Source: a virus | Lineage: Duplodnaviria > Heunggongvirae > Uroviricota > Caudoviricetes | IMG/VR virus record: IMGVR_UViG_2778261313_000015 | Length of the DNA: 32,940 nt | Direction: 5' to 3' (one strand) | In this document: piece after piece, positions 1 to 8,730 of the stretch | Layout: the number at the start of each line of letters is the position of its first letter | Position numbering within the stretch: the stretch's first letter is position 1 | Made by a program: the position numbers and the translations under genes | The notes under the pieces: generated by a model | Databases searched by the model: none | Told to the model about the DNA's origin: nothing | The model's input: only the letters and a program-made list of their open reading frames with translations

Positions 1-981
1 TTATAACGTCACTCCGCCTTTTAGTGGATTCAGAGCGACGGCGTTCTGCAGGTAGTCAGGCGCAAGGTGCGCATAGGTCATTGTCTGCTGAATGCTCGCA
101 TGCCCCAGAATCTGTTGCAGTGCAATTATGTTGCCCCCATTCATCATGAAATGGCTTGCGAATGTATGCCGCAGAATGTGGGTTGCCTGATTGGGAGGTA
201 TATCAGGTTTCACTCTGCGTAAAATCCCGCAAAACTTCTCATAATCTACCTTGAACAATTTGGCGCTGGCCTCCTCTTTAACTTTTTTCTCCAGTTCCTC
301 AGAAATCGGCACTGTTCGCTTTTTACCGTTTTTGGTTTTCAGGAAGGTAACCCTGCAACTTGTAATCTGTGCTGGTTTTAGCGTGGCAACTTCCGTCCAT
401 CTTCCTCCAGTGCTCAGACATAAAAGCGCGACAAGTAAGTCATCACCAGTCAAAACATTTAGCAGTTTTTCGATTTCTGCTTTTTCCAGGAACGTCATTT
501 CAGGGTTAGCCTCCGTCAGTGGCGGCAGTCCGTGAATTGGGTGTTGCCCGGAAAATTCATCCAATTGAATTAATTTTGTGAACATGCCGGATAATCGGTA
601 CATGTCGCGGTTTATCGTTGCAGCACTGATGCCATCACGTAGTCGCATGGAGCGATAATCCATCAAAGCCCTTTTGTTCATCCGACTCACTGGTATATCA
701 CCTATGCCGCTGATGGTTTTGAGCAGATGATTAAACTCTTTTGTCCCATGCTCGTGGTTTTGCCCGTGGTATTTCCACCAGATGTCGAGCAATTCTGTCA
801 AAGTTCGGCGGTCTGCTCGCTGGCCTCCCCATTCTTTCTGACTGGCATTGACGATTGTGTATCGCTCAAATGCTACCGCTTCAGCTTTTCTTTCAAATTT
901 CCTGCGGATGCGTTTTCCATCGCGACCGCGAGGCCTGATATCCACTTCATAACGTCCATCATCGAGCTTTCTGATACTCAT
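1..981 (-). CDS. int: tyrosine integrase, P2 Int family
   Basis: Minus-strand ORF; N-terminus MSIRKLDDGRYEVDIRPRGRDGKRIRRKF resembles P2 Int as recalled; C-terminal HxxR...Y catalytic region (ILRHTFASHF...TMTYAHL); GGAGGG RBS before ATG at 981. The track ORF extends to 1191, but that extension would overlap C. Confidence 0.9.
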   Translation of the reverse strand: MSIRKLDDGRYEVDIRPRGRDGKRIRRKFERKAEAVAFERYTIVNASQKEWGGQRADRRTLTELLDIWWKYHGQNHEHGTKEFNHLLKTISGIGDIPVSRMNKRALMDYRSMRLRDGISAATINRDMYRLSGMFTKLIQLDEFSGQHPIHGLPPLTEANPEMTFLEKAEIEKLLNVLTGDDLLVALLCLSTGGRWTEVATLKPAQITSCRVTFLKTKNGKKRTVPISEELEKKVKEEASAKLFKVDYEKFCGILRRVKPDIPPNQATHILRHTFASHFMMNGGNIIALQQILGHASIQQTMTYAHLAPDYLQNAVALNPLKGGVTL

Positions 982-1093
982 AAAGCCCTCCGATGAACAC
1001 GAGTTTTCTTGTTGTTTAGCCCTTTGTGGTTGTGTGATGAATATTTTTTTACCAGTAACATGCATTTTATGTGCATGTAATGTCGGTAAATAG

Positions 1094-1387
1094 TTAGCCA
1101 GTTTTGCGGCCTGAGTGTGACGATGTTGTTTCTTCTGGCCCAGAGTGTGCGACGACCGGGGAAATCTGCCCGGATTCTGGCGCAATCTCATCTGTCATAA
1201 TCCATAATGTATATTTTTTAAACAGCGGTGTGTTGACTACTTGCTTTACGATTTGTAGTCCTGGCTCTTTATGTCCACCTTCATAATTTTTCAACGAACT
1301 AAGTGCTAATCCACTAAGCTCGCAAAATTTTTTTTGTGTTAATCCCTCGGCCTTGCGAATAGCGCGAAGTTTCTCCGATATTTTCAT
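1094..1387 (-). CDS. C: immunity repressor, P2 C family
   Basis: 97 aa; HTH near N-terminus; C-terminal ...YTLWIMTDEIAPESGQISP...HSGRKTG resembles P2 C as recalled. Confidence 0.85.
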   Translation of the reverse strand: MKISEKLRAIRKAEGLTQKKFCELSGLALSSLKNYEGGHKEPGLQIVKQVVNTPLFKKYTLWIMTDEIAPESGQISPVVAHSGPEETTSSHSGRKTG

Positions 1388-1534
1388 TTGACATGGTTCC
1401 CCTATGGAGACTATATTTCCCTCAAAAGGTACTTGTTCGGAAACCTTTTGGGGCGTGAGTCCAGCCAGTCAGGAACGCTCCTGAGCGGTTTTAAGAGGGC
1501 TGGATGGATAAGATTAGCACGAGAGGTGTGTTTT
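1388..1534. promoter_or_regulatory. divergent C/cox switch region (expected Pc/Pe promoters and operators of the lysis-lysogeny switch)
   Basis: Intergenic region between divergently oriented C and cox, as in P2; individual operator sites not resolved by eye. Confidence 0.5.
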
Positions 1535-1807
1535 ATGGACGCAAACAACTATGTGGTTAAGTATCCGATTGATGCGGTACACCCTGACAAGTTTGCAGAA
1601 TTGCTCGGAAAACCGCGTACTGCGGTCGTTGAAATGATCAAAGCTAACAAGTTGCCGGTAGTTGAATTTCGCGATCCAACTAAGCCGAATGCTCGTGCAG
1701 GAGACAAACTGGTTTTCATTCCTGAGTTCAATCGTGGTGTGCGTGAGGCATTCTACAACCGACCGATAGAACAGCGGGACGCGTGGTTGCTGTGGATGGG
1801 GCTTTAA
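1535..1807 (+). CDS. cox: Cox-like excisionase / early-operon repressor
   Basis: 90 aa from the internal ATG at 1535, preceded by GAGAGG; position and size match P2 Cox (91 aa). Confidence 0.7.
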   Translation: MDANNYVVKYPIDAVHPDKFAELLGKPRTAVVEMIKANKLPVVEFRDPTKPNARAGDKLVFIPEFNRGVREAFYNRPIEQRDAWLLWMGL

Positions 1808-1861
1808 ATCATTGCTAAATCAGGCTGTCAGCAACAGGGCGGACGGCATAAGGGGAACATC

Positions 1862-2050
1862 ATGGCGAACAAAAATAGTACGAACCAGTGCGGCACAGAT
1901 AAGGCACTGACGCAGAGAGAAATTTTAGAACTGGCGGTAAAAATCGGGGATTTCATCAAAGAAGAGGCCGGACGCTTAGATAAACAGGTGTCCGGCAAAG
2001 ATATCAGCGTTATCGCTGGCGTACTGGACTTTATTCACCAGTGTGAGTAA
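1862..2050 (+). CDS. hypothetical small early protein (62 aa)
   Basis: ORF with AAGGGG RBS; occupies the P2 orf78 position. Confidence 0.45.
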   Translation: MANKNSTNQCGTDKALTQREILELAVKIGDFIKEEAGRLDKQVSGKDISVIAGVLDFIHQCE

Positions 2051-2053
2051 TGC

Positions 2054-2230
2054 CTATTTTTTCGCGAGTTTTTCTTCGAGTTTTTTCTCAAGAACTGGAT
2101 AGATAGCATCAAATAAGCGTGAAGCTCGGGTTTCTACAGGAACAGGCATTACTGATTGTTCAGTAAGTGCTCCACCAATGACTGAACAGGTCTGCTCAAA
2201 AAGAAACTTGGTTTTTTCTAAATCATTCAT
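2054..2230 (-). CDS. hypothetical small protein (58 aa), antisense to the early operon
   Basis: Minus-strand ORF from MNDLEK with AAGGA RBS; AT-rich; no sense-strand ORF across 2051-2347. Confidence 0.35.
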   Translation of the reverse strand: MNDLEKTKFLFEQTCSVIGGALTEQSVMPVPVETRASRLFDAIYPVLEKKLEEKLAKK

Positions 2231-2347
2231 GTCGTTATTCCTTGTGTTACGAACTACTTGCTTACATTTGGAGTGAAAGCAATTGGATAGTACCACAAGA
2301 CCATGCGCCGGACATGGCTAAAAACCGGCTCTGTTTCAGGAGGAGTT

Positions 2348-2518
2348 ATGCAGGAACCTCGTTGTATTGCTCAGTTATTGCGTAACGAAAGCCCCAGGGC
2401 GATTGACTTCACCATCACCCACGGGAAGGGACGCAAGGGAATCATTATCCGCACCAAAAAACAGAGTCCGTTAAAAAAGGCTCTGACCTTTCTGAAAAGC
2501 CGGAGGGTATGGAAATGA
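2348..2518 (+). CDS. hypothetical small basic protein (56 aa)
   Basis: AGGAGG RBS 5 nt before ATG at 2348; ends overlapping the B start. Confidence 0.5.
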   Translation: MQEPRCIAQLLRNESPRAIDFTITHGKGRKGIIIRTKKQSPLKKALTFLKSRRVWK

Positions 2519-3015
2519 CAGTGATGACGCTCAATCTCGTCGAAAAACAGCCAGCAGCTATGCGCCGGATAATTGGTAAGCATCTTGCCGTCCCTCGCTG
2601 GCAGGATACATGTGATTATTATAATCAGATGATGGAGCGCGAACGGCTAACGGTTTGCTTCCATGCGCAGTTAAAACAGCGTCACGCAACGATGCGTTTT
2701 GAAGAAATGAACGACGTCGAACGTGAACGACTGGTATGTGCAATTGATGAATTGCGTGGGGCATTCTCAAAACGCCGTCAGGTTGGCGCAAGTGAATATG
2801 CATATATTAGTTTTTTAACAGTCAGTCAGCGTCGCACTTTATTTATGCACGCACGACTGACAGAAAAAGAATTTAACCAGCCATATTGGCGAATTAATGA
2901 AGAATCATGTTACTGGCGTGATGCTTTATTCCGTGCATTACGTGAATTATTCAGTCTGTTTGAGTATGCACCGACAATTCTGACGTCGGTAAAACCAGAG
3001 CAATATCTGCATTAA
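2509..3015 (+). CDS. B: replication protein B (helicase-loading function in P2)
   Basis: 168 aa; size and position match P2 B (166 aa); sequence MTVMTLNLVEKQPAAMRRIIGKHLAVPRWQ... resembles P2 B as recalled. Confidence 0.85.
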   Translation: MEMTVMTLNLVEKQPAAMRRIIGKHLAVPRWQDTCDYYNQMMERERLTVCFHAQLKQRHATMRFEEMNDVERERLVCAIDELRGAFSKRRQVGASEYAYISFLTVSQRRTLFMHARLTEKEFNQPYWRINEESCYWRDALFRALRELFSLFEYAPTILTSVKPEQYLH

Positions 3016-3078
3016 GTAATTAACAAGAGTTTTTAACGCACTTAATTGTGCGGGGCTTCTTTTTGCCTGGAGAAAGTC

Positions 3079-3303
3079 ATGCATACAGTTTCTGAAAATC
3101 AGTGCGGTAAATACGCATTACTGCTGCAACAGGCCAGAACCGAAGCACAGGCCGACGCAGCGACGCGCTTTTCTTCTCATCTTGACGCCATGATTCGCCA
3201 CATCACAAAGGCGGAGTTATCCCGCGTGGAGATAGTCGAGATGCTCAGTCAGGAGTCGGAAAAATTTCACAATATCGGATTGTCTCGCGGGGAGGTGCTT
3301 TGA
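3079..3303 (+). CDS. hypothetical protein, P2 orf80 position
   Basis: ORF in the early operon; start chosen at the internal ATG with a GGAGA RBS. Confidence 0.6.
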   Translation: MHTVSENQCGKYALLLQQARTEAQADAATRFSSHLDAMIRHITKAELSRVEIVEMLSQESEKFHNIGLSRGEVL

Positions 3304-3602
3304 TGTCCTGTTCTCATTCAGTTGTATTACTGAATAACGCCTTAAAAATCGCCGTTATGGAAAATGGTGATTTGTCTCTTATTCAACTTTGTCTTGATAA
3401 AGAAAAACGCGACATAACTGAATCTGTTATCGCGATTTATCAGAGTGAATTAAACCTCCTGTCTGATGTGGTCAATTTACTTGTTAAACGCGCTGTATTC
3501 CACAAGCAAGTTTCCTCCGTGGATGAACTGACAAAATTAACGACAGAACTTGCCAGTTATTGCGCTGATATATCCAGGAAACTTAACGATAAAAGGTGCT
3601 GA
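3300..3602 (+). CDS. hypothetical protein, P2 orf81 position
   Basis: 100-aa ORF, translationally coupled to neighbours. Confidence 0.6.
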   Translation: MMSCSHSVVLLNNALKIAVMENGDLSLIQLCLDKEKRDITESVIAIYQSELNLLSDVVNLLVKRAVFHKQVSSVDELTKLTTELASYCADISRKLNDKRC

Positions 3603-3604
3603 TA

Positions 3605-3829
3605 ATGCCGGACAACGTAGATTTTATTCAGGAACAACAGGCTGAATTACTGGAGCGCCAGATTAACGCGGCAAGGGTAAAACATTGCGGTGCTTCTGCG
3701 CTGGTTTGCGAAGAGTGTGACGCGCCAATACCTGCTGCCCGTCGTGCGGCTTATCCGTCAGCCACGCGTTGTGTTTCCTGTCAGTCAGTCTTTGAAGCAA
3801 AAAACAAACATTACCGGAGAACGGCATGA
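3605..3829 (+). CDS. TraR/DksA-family C4 zinc-finger protein, P2 orf82 position
   Basis: CxxC...CxxC motif (CEECDAPIP...CVSCQ); 74 aa. Confidence 0.75.
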   Translation: MPDNVDFIQEQQAELLERQINAARVKHCGASALVCEECDAPIPAARRAAYPSATRCVSCQSVFEAKNKHYRRTA

Positions 3830-4101
3830 GTATTCGTATCGAAATTGGCGAACGTTATGTTGTTACCAGTGACAGCTTTCAGTTTATTCTCCACGAGAAA
3901 AAGAGAGCGGAAAGCGGTAAAAACGCCGGTCAGGAATGGCTGGCGGTGGTTGGTTATTACCCGAAATTAAGCCAGCTCGTTTCCGGCCTGATGCATCACG
4001 ATATTCTGACCGGAAGCGCAAAATCTTTTGCCGATTTAAACGTGCAGGTTGAGCAACTCAGCAGGCGTTGTTCAGAGGCTTTTGGCTCATATGGCCGTTA
4101 A
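3826..4101 (+). CDS. hypothetical protein, P2 orf83 position
   Basis: 91-aa ORF overlapping the start of A. Confidence 0.6.
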   Translation: MSIRIEIGERYVVTSDSFQFILHEKKRAESGKNAGQEWLAVVGYYPKLSQLVSGLMHHDILTGSAKSFADLNVQVEQLSRRCSEAFGSYGR

Positions 4102-6385
4102 AGCCTCCGGGCGTTTTGTCCCTCCGTCAGCATTTGCCGCAGGCACCGGTAAGGCGTTTACCGGTGCTTATGCATGGAACGCGCCACGCGAGGCTGTCGG
4201 GCGCGAAAGACCCCTTACACGTGACGAGATGCGTCAGGTGCAAGGTGTTTTATCCACGATTAACCGCCTGCCTTACTTTTTGCGCTCGCTGTTTACTTCA
4301 CGCTATGACTACATCCGGCGCAATAAAAGCCCGGTGCACGGGTTTTATTTTCTCACATCCACTTTTCAGCGTCGTTTATGGCCGCGCATTGAGCGTGTGA
4401 ATCAGCGCCATGAAATGAACACCGACGCGTCGTTGCTGTTTCTGGCAGAGCGTGACCATTATGCGCGCCTGCCGGGAATGAATGACAAGGAGCTGAAAAA
4501 GTTTGCCGCCCGTATCTCATCGCAGCTTTTCATGATGTATGAGGAACTCTGCGATGCCTGGGTGGATGCGCATGGCGAAAAAGAATCGCTGTTTACGGAT
4601 GAGGCGCAGGCGCATCTGTATGGTCATGTTGCTGGCGCTGCACGTGCTTTCAATATTTCCCCGCTTTACTGGAAAAAATACCGTAAAGGACAGATGACCA
4701 CGAGGCAGGCATATTCTGCCATTGCTCGTCTGTTTAACGATGAGTGGTGGACTCATCAGCTTAAAGGCCAGCGTATGCGCTGGCATGAGGCGTTACTGAT
4801 TGCTGTCGGGGAGGTCAATAAAGACCGTTCTCCTTATGCCAGTAAACATGCCATTCGTGATGTGCGTGCACGCCGCCAGGCAAATCTGGAATTTCTTAAA
4901 TCGTGTGACCTCGAAAACAGGGAAACCGGCGAGCGCATCGACCTTATCAGTAAGGTGATGGGCAGTATTTCTAATCCTGAAATTCGCCGGATGGAGCTGA
5001 TGAACACCATCGCCGGTATTGAGCGTTACGCCGCCGCAGAGGGTGATGTGGGGATGTTTATCACGCTGACCACGCCGTCAAAGTATCACCCGACACGTCA
5101 GGTCGGAAAAGGCGAAAGTAAAACCGTCCAGCTTAATCACGGCTGGAATGATGAGGCATTTAATCCAAAGGATGCGCAGCGTTATCTCTGCCGTATCTGG
5201 AGCCTGATGCGCACGGCATTCAAGGATAATGATTTACAGGTCTACGGTTTGCGAGTCGTCGAGCCACACCACGACGGAACGCCGCACTGGCATATGATGC
5301 TTTTTTGTAATCCACGCCAGCGTAACCAGATTATTGAAATCATGCGTCGCTATGCGCTCAAAGAGGATGGCGACGAAAGAGGAGCCGCGCGAAACCGTTT
5401 TCAGGCAAAACACCTTAACCGGGGCGGTGCTGCGGGGTATATCGCGAAATACATCTCAAAAAACATCGATGGCTATGCACTGGATGGTCAGCTCGATAAC
5501 GATACCGGCAGACCGCTGAAAGACACTGCTGCGGCTGTTACCGCATGGGCGTCAACGTGGCGCATCCCACAATTTAAAACGGTTGGTCTGCCGACAATGG
5601 GGGCTTACCGTGAACTACGCAAATTGCCTCGCGGCGTCAGCATTGCTGATGAGTTTGACGAGCGCGTCGAGGCTGCACGCGCCGCCGCAGACAGTGGTGA
5701 TTTTGCGTTGTATATCAGCGCGCAGGGTGGGGCAAATGTCCCGCGCGATTGTCAGACTGTCAGGGTCGCCCGTAGTCCGTCGGATGAAGTTAACGAGTAC
5801 GAGGAAGAAGTCGAGAGAGTGGTCGGCATTTACGCGCCGCATCTCGGCGCGCGTCATATTCATATCACCAGAACGACGGACTGGCGCATTGTGCCGAAAG
5901 TTCCGGTCGTTGAGCCTTTGACTTTAAAAAGCGGCATCGCCGCGCCTCGGAGTCCTGTCAATAACTGTGGAAAGCCTGCCAGCAGTGATGCTTCGTTACC
6001 GGCTCCCACACCTTCTGAACACGCCGCAGCAGTGCTTAATCTGGTAGATGACGGTGTTATCGAATGGAATGACCCGGAGGTTGTGAGGGCGCTCAGGGGC
6101 GCACTAAAATACGACCTGAGAACGCCAAACCGTCAGCAAAGAAACGGAAGCCCGTTAAAACCACATGAAATTGCACCATCGGCCAGACTGACCCGGTCGG
6201 AAAGAATGCAAATCACCCGTATCCGCGTTGACCTTGCTCAGAACGGTATCAGGCCGCAGCGATGGGAGCTTGAGGCGCTGGCGCGTGGGGCAACCGTAAA
6301 TTATGACGGGAAACATTTCACTTATCAGGTCGCTGATGAGTGGCTTGGATTTCCTTCTGTTGATTTTTTTGATTGTGGTGCTTGA
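4091..6385 (+). CDS. A: rolling-circle replication initiator A (HUH endonuclease)
   Basis: 764 aa from MAVKASGRF; P2 A is 761 aa; contains a HWHMML-type HUH motif and the YIAKYISK active-site tyrosine motif. Confidence 0.9.
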   Translation: MAVKASGRFVPPSAFAAGTGKAFTGAYAWNAPREAVGRERPLTRDEMRQVQGVLSTINRLPYFLRSLFTSRYDYIRRNKSPVHGFYFLTSTFQRRLWPRIERVNQRHEMNTDASLLFLAERDHYARLPGMNDKELKKFAARISSQLFMMYEELCDAWVDAHGEKESLFTDEAQAHLYGHVAGAARAFNISPLYWKKYRKGQMTTRQAYSAIARLFNDEWWTHQLKGQRMRWHEALLIAVGEVNKDRSPYASKHAIRDVRARRQANLEFLKSCDLENRETGERIDLISKVMGSISNPEIRRMELMNTIAGIERYAAAEGDVGMFITLTTPSKYHPTRQVGKGESKTVQLNHGWNDEAFNPKDAQRYLCRIWSLMRTAFKDNDLQVYGLRVVEPHHDGTPHWHMMLFCNPRQRNQIIEIMRRYALKEDGDERGAARNRFQAKHLNRGGAAGYIAKYISKNIDGYALDGQLDNDTGRPLKDTAAAVTAWASTWRIPQFKTVGLPTMGAYRELRKLPRGVSIADEFDERVEAARAAADSGDFALYISAQGGANVPRDCQTVRVARSPSDEVNEYEEEVERVVGIYAPHLGARHIHITRTTDWRIVPKVPVVEPLTLKSGIAAPRSPVNNCGKPASSDASLPAPTPSEHAAAVLNLVDDGVIEWNDPEVVRALRGALKYDLRTPNRQQRNGSPLKPHEIAPSARLTRSERMQITRIRVDLAQNGIRPQRWELEALARGATVNYDGKHFTYQVADEWLGFPSVDFFDCGA

Positions 6386-6581
6386 GTTTACAATCAGTTA
6401 ATAAACGGTAGGATTGTATGAAGTTAAAACAGAATAGTATAAGACCGCTGTAGGCTTTGGCTTGTCTAGCATCGACAGCAAAAGCTATCATGGAAAAACT
6501 AGCTGTTGTATGTTAGGTGTGCAGAAACGAGAGTAGGGTTGAGCACTGTTGCATTCCAGAATTTAGGGGAGGGGTAAACAT
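6386..6581 (+). promoter_or_regulatory. AT-rich leader and putative promoter of the cargo operon
   Basis: 196-bp non-coding AT-rich stretch ending in GGGGAGGGG RBS before ATG 6582. Confidence 0.4.
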
Positions 6582-7757
6582 ATGAAAAAAAACTCGGTAG
6601 GTGTGGAGGATAAATTAAAACATAAAGCAGTTCAATATATTAATATTGAAGATCTGGAGCTTGATGTTGAAAACCCCCGCTTTGGTGAAGACTCTTCTTC
6701 ATCTGATACACAAGTTGATGTGCTAAATAATATTGTTAAAAATTATGGCGTTACTGATGTAATAAGTTCTATTGCAGTGAATGGTTATTTTTCTGCTGAG
6801 CCAATGGTGGTGAGGAAAAATAATAATAAGAAATTCACTGTAATGGAAGGTAATAGAAGGCTGGCTGCCTGTCTTATACTTAAAAATGATGACAGAGCAA
6901 GAGATCAAGTTAATCTGCATCAACAGTATATTGATAAATACAATTCTCATGGGTGCCCTAAAATAGACCCAGTTCCAGCAATAGTTTTTGAAGACGATGA
7001 TGGTGTAGATAAAAAATCACTTATATCATATTTAGGTGTGAGGCATATCGTATCTACAAAGGATTGGGATTCATACGCTAAGGCTGCATGGATATCTCGA
7101 ACCATCAAGGAAGGAGATATGAGCGTATCTGATATTTCCACTATGATTGGTGACCGTAATAGCACTATAAAAAGACTTTTGTCTGGATATAATTTCATTA
7201 AACAAATGGAGTCTGCTGGGAAGTATAATAAAGATGATAGTGTGAAGAAAGGGAGAGGGAGCAATACTAGTTATCCATTCTCGTGGGTTTATACATTGCT
7301 GAGTTATAAGAGTATTCAGGATTTTGTGGGCTTATCAGATAATCCTACAGACCCTAATCCAATAGATGAAAAGAAATTGGATAATGCGAAGCTTCTAATG
7401 ACAGCTATGTTTGGTAATAAAAATAAAGGACAAAACTCACAAGTTAAAGACTCTCGTAATCTTGGTGTCTTGGCTGAGATAGTTGCTTCTCCAGAAAAAG
7501 TTATACTGCTCAAGCAAGGCAAGGATGTTGAAGACATTAATGACCTAACTCAGCCAATCGGCGATAGGTTGACTAGTTTAATGTTAGAAATTAGAAGTAA
7601 ATTGGACGAATGTCTTACGAGGGTAGGGCGTGAAGATTTACCAATGCAGGATGCTATTCAACTTAATATATATCTTGAGCAAATAAGTAAACAATTTAGA
7701 TCTTTTAGAGTATCAATTAATGAGGCTATTACTGGAAGTGATAGTGAGGGTTTTTAA
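6582..7757 (+). CDS. ParB/Srx-like N-terminal domain protein (391 aa), candidate defence/cargo gene
   Basis: Motif PMVVRKNNNKKFTVMEGNRRLAACL matches the ParB GxRRxxA-type signature; strongly AT-rich; sits at the P2 tin/old hotspot. Confidence 0.6.
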   Translation: MKKNSVGVEDKLKHKAVQYINIEDLELDVENPRFGEDSSSSDTQVDVLNNIVKNYGVTDVISSIAVNGYFSAEPMVVRKNNNKKFTVMEGNRRLAACLILKNDDRARDQVNLHQQYIDKYNSHGCPKIDPVPAIVFEDDDGVDKKSLISYLGVRHIVSTKDWDSYAKAAWISRTIKEGDMSVSDISTMIGDRNSTIKRLLSGYNFIKQMESAGKYNKDDSVKKGRGSNTSYPFSWVYTLLSYKSIQDFVGLSDNPTDPNPIDEKKLDNAKLLMTAMFGNKNKGQNSQVKDSRNLGVLAEIVASPEKVILLKQGKDVEDINDLTQPIGDRLTSLMLEIRSKLDECLTRVGREDLPMQDAIQLNIYLEQISKQFRSFRVSINEAITGSDSEGF

Positions 7758-7759
7758 TT

Positions 7760-8716
7760 GTGAATTATGGTTTACGCTCTAAAATGCAGGGATTCGCAAC
7801 AGATGCGGATCAAGCAGAATTTAATGCATTACTTGATGTTAGCGCGACAATAGACTCAGGAATTGAGGATGATAAAATTGCTGGAACTATCTATGATGAG
7901 TTAGAAAATTTAGATGGTCATTTGGAAGAAGAATGGATGATGGAAGATCAGGGAAAGGAGCTTTTAGTTGGTCAGATAGCCGAGCATATACAATGGAGAG
8001 CAAAGGTTTTGGATGATATGTATCCATTTGAATATAAAGAAAATCATCTAACATTAAAGGAGTCTCCTTCCCTTGTTTATCTGTTTTGCTTATGTGTCTC
8101 TGTAATTAATAATTTAACAAAAGGAGATAATGTTAAGTTGCCTAGATTTTTTGAAGTTATGGCTGGGCGATTATTCACAAAATTTTTTAGTTCACACGCA
8201 AAACACATGCATACTGGTTGGCCTCGTTCAAATGGAAATCCTAGTAGTTATAAGGAACTAGCTTATAAATTGAACTCTTCGATCTCACCAAATACAAGAG
8301 AATGGTCTTGGCGCGTAGAGAATGGCTTAAGAGATGAGGATGCATTGAGAATTAAAGATTGTGGTGTGGATTTTGTTACATGGGTTGATTTTTTGGATGG
8401 TAGAGATGGACGTTTATTTGCTTTAGGGCAATGCGCTTGTGGTAATGATTGGCCAACAAAGTTTCAGGATATTAAAATTGAAAGGTTAACACCATGGTTT
8501 CATCCATTAACTTACATTAAGTGTGTTAAAGTTTTCTCAACACCTTATGTGTTAGTTGATGAAATGATAAGAGAAGCAAGCGCAGAAGCTGGAATTATAT
8601 TTGATCGAGTCCGTTTAACTATTGCATATGAGCGTTTTAAGGATGAATTTGGTGATATGCAGGATGAGTTAGATGCGTTAATTACCTTTTGTAAAGAATT
8701 AAAAAAGGCCCAGTGA
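7760..8716 (+). CDS. hypothetical protein (318 aa), operon partner of the ParB-like protein
   Basis: GTG start 2 nt after the upstream stop, with GAGGG RBS (translational coupling); AT-rich; no motif I can assign. Confidence 0.55.
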   Translation: MNYGLRSKMQGFATDADQAEFNALLDVSATIDSGIEDDKIAGTIYDELENLDGHLEEEWMMEDQGKELLVGQIAEHIQWRAKVLDDMYPFEYKENHLTLKESPSLVYLFCLCVSVINNLTKGDNVKLPRFFEVMAGRLFTKFFSSHAKHMHTGWPRSNGNPSSYKELAYKLNSSISPNTREWSWRVENGLRDEDALRIKDCGVDFVTWVDFLDGRDGRLFALGQCACGNDWPTKFQDIKIERLTPWFHPLTYIKCVKVFSTPYVLVDEMIREASAEAGIIFDRVRLTIAYERFKDEFGDMQDELDALITFCKELKKAQ

Positions 8717-8730
8717 TGGGCCATTACCAT
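8701..8730. terminator. bidirectional stem-loop between convergent genes (GGCCCA-gtga-TGGGCC flanked by an A6 run)
   Basis: Hairpin overlaps the stop codons of the 318-aa gene and the methyltransferase; a U-run follows it for the minus-strand transcript. Confidence 0.5.

Noticed and set aside
982-1191. N-terminal extension of the integrase ORF (track ORF 1..1191)
   Set aside because: The extension would overlap the C repressor gene on the same strand; the internal ATG at 981 has a GGAGGG RBS and gives a P2 Int-like N-terminus.
4068-4400. 110-aa plus-strand ORF overlapping the start of A
   Set aside because: Alternative frame inside A; A is the well-supported gene.
6723-7264. Two minus-strand ORFs (75 and 105 aa) inside the ParB-like gene
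   Set aside because: Antisense frames in very AT-rich DNA are commonly open by chance, and the sense ORF has the RBS and the recognisable domain.
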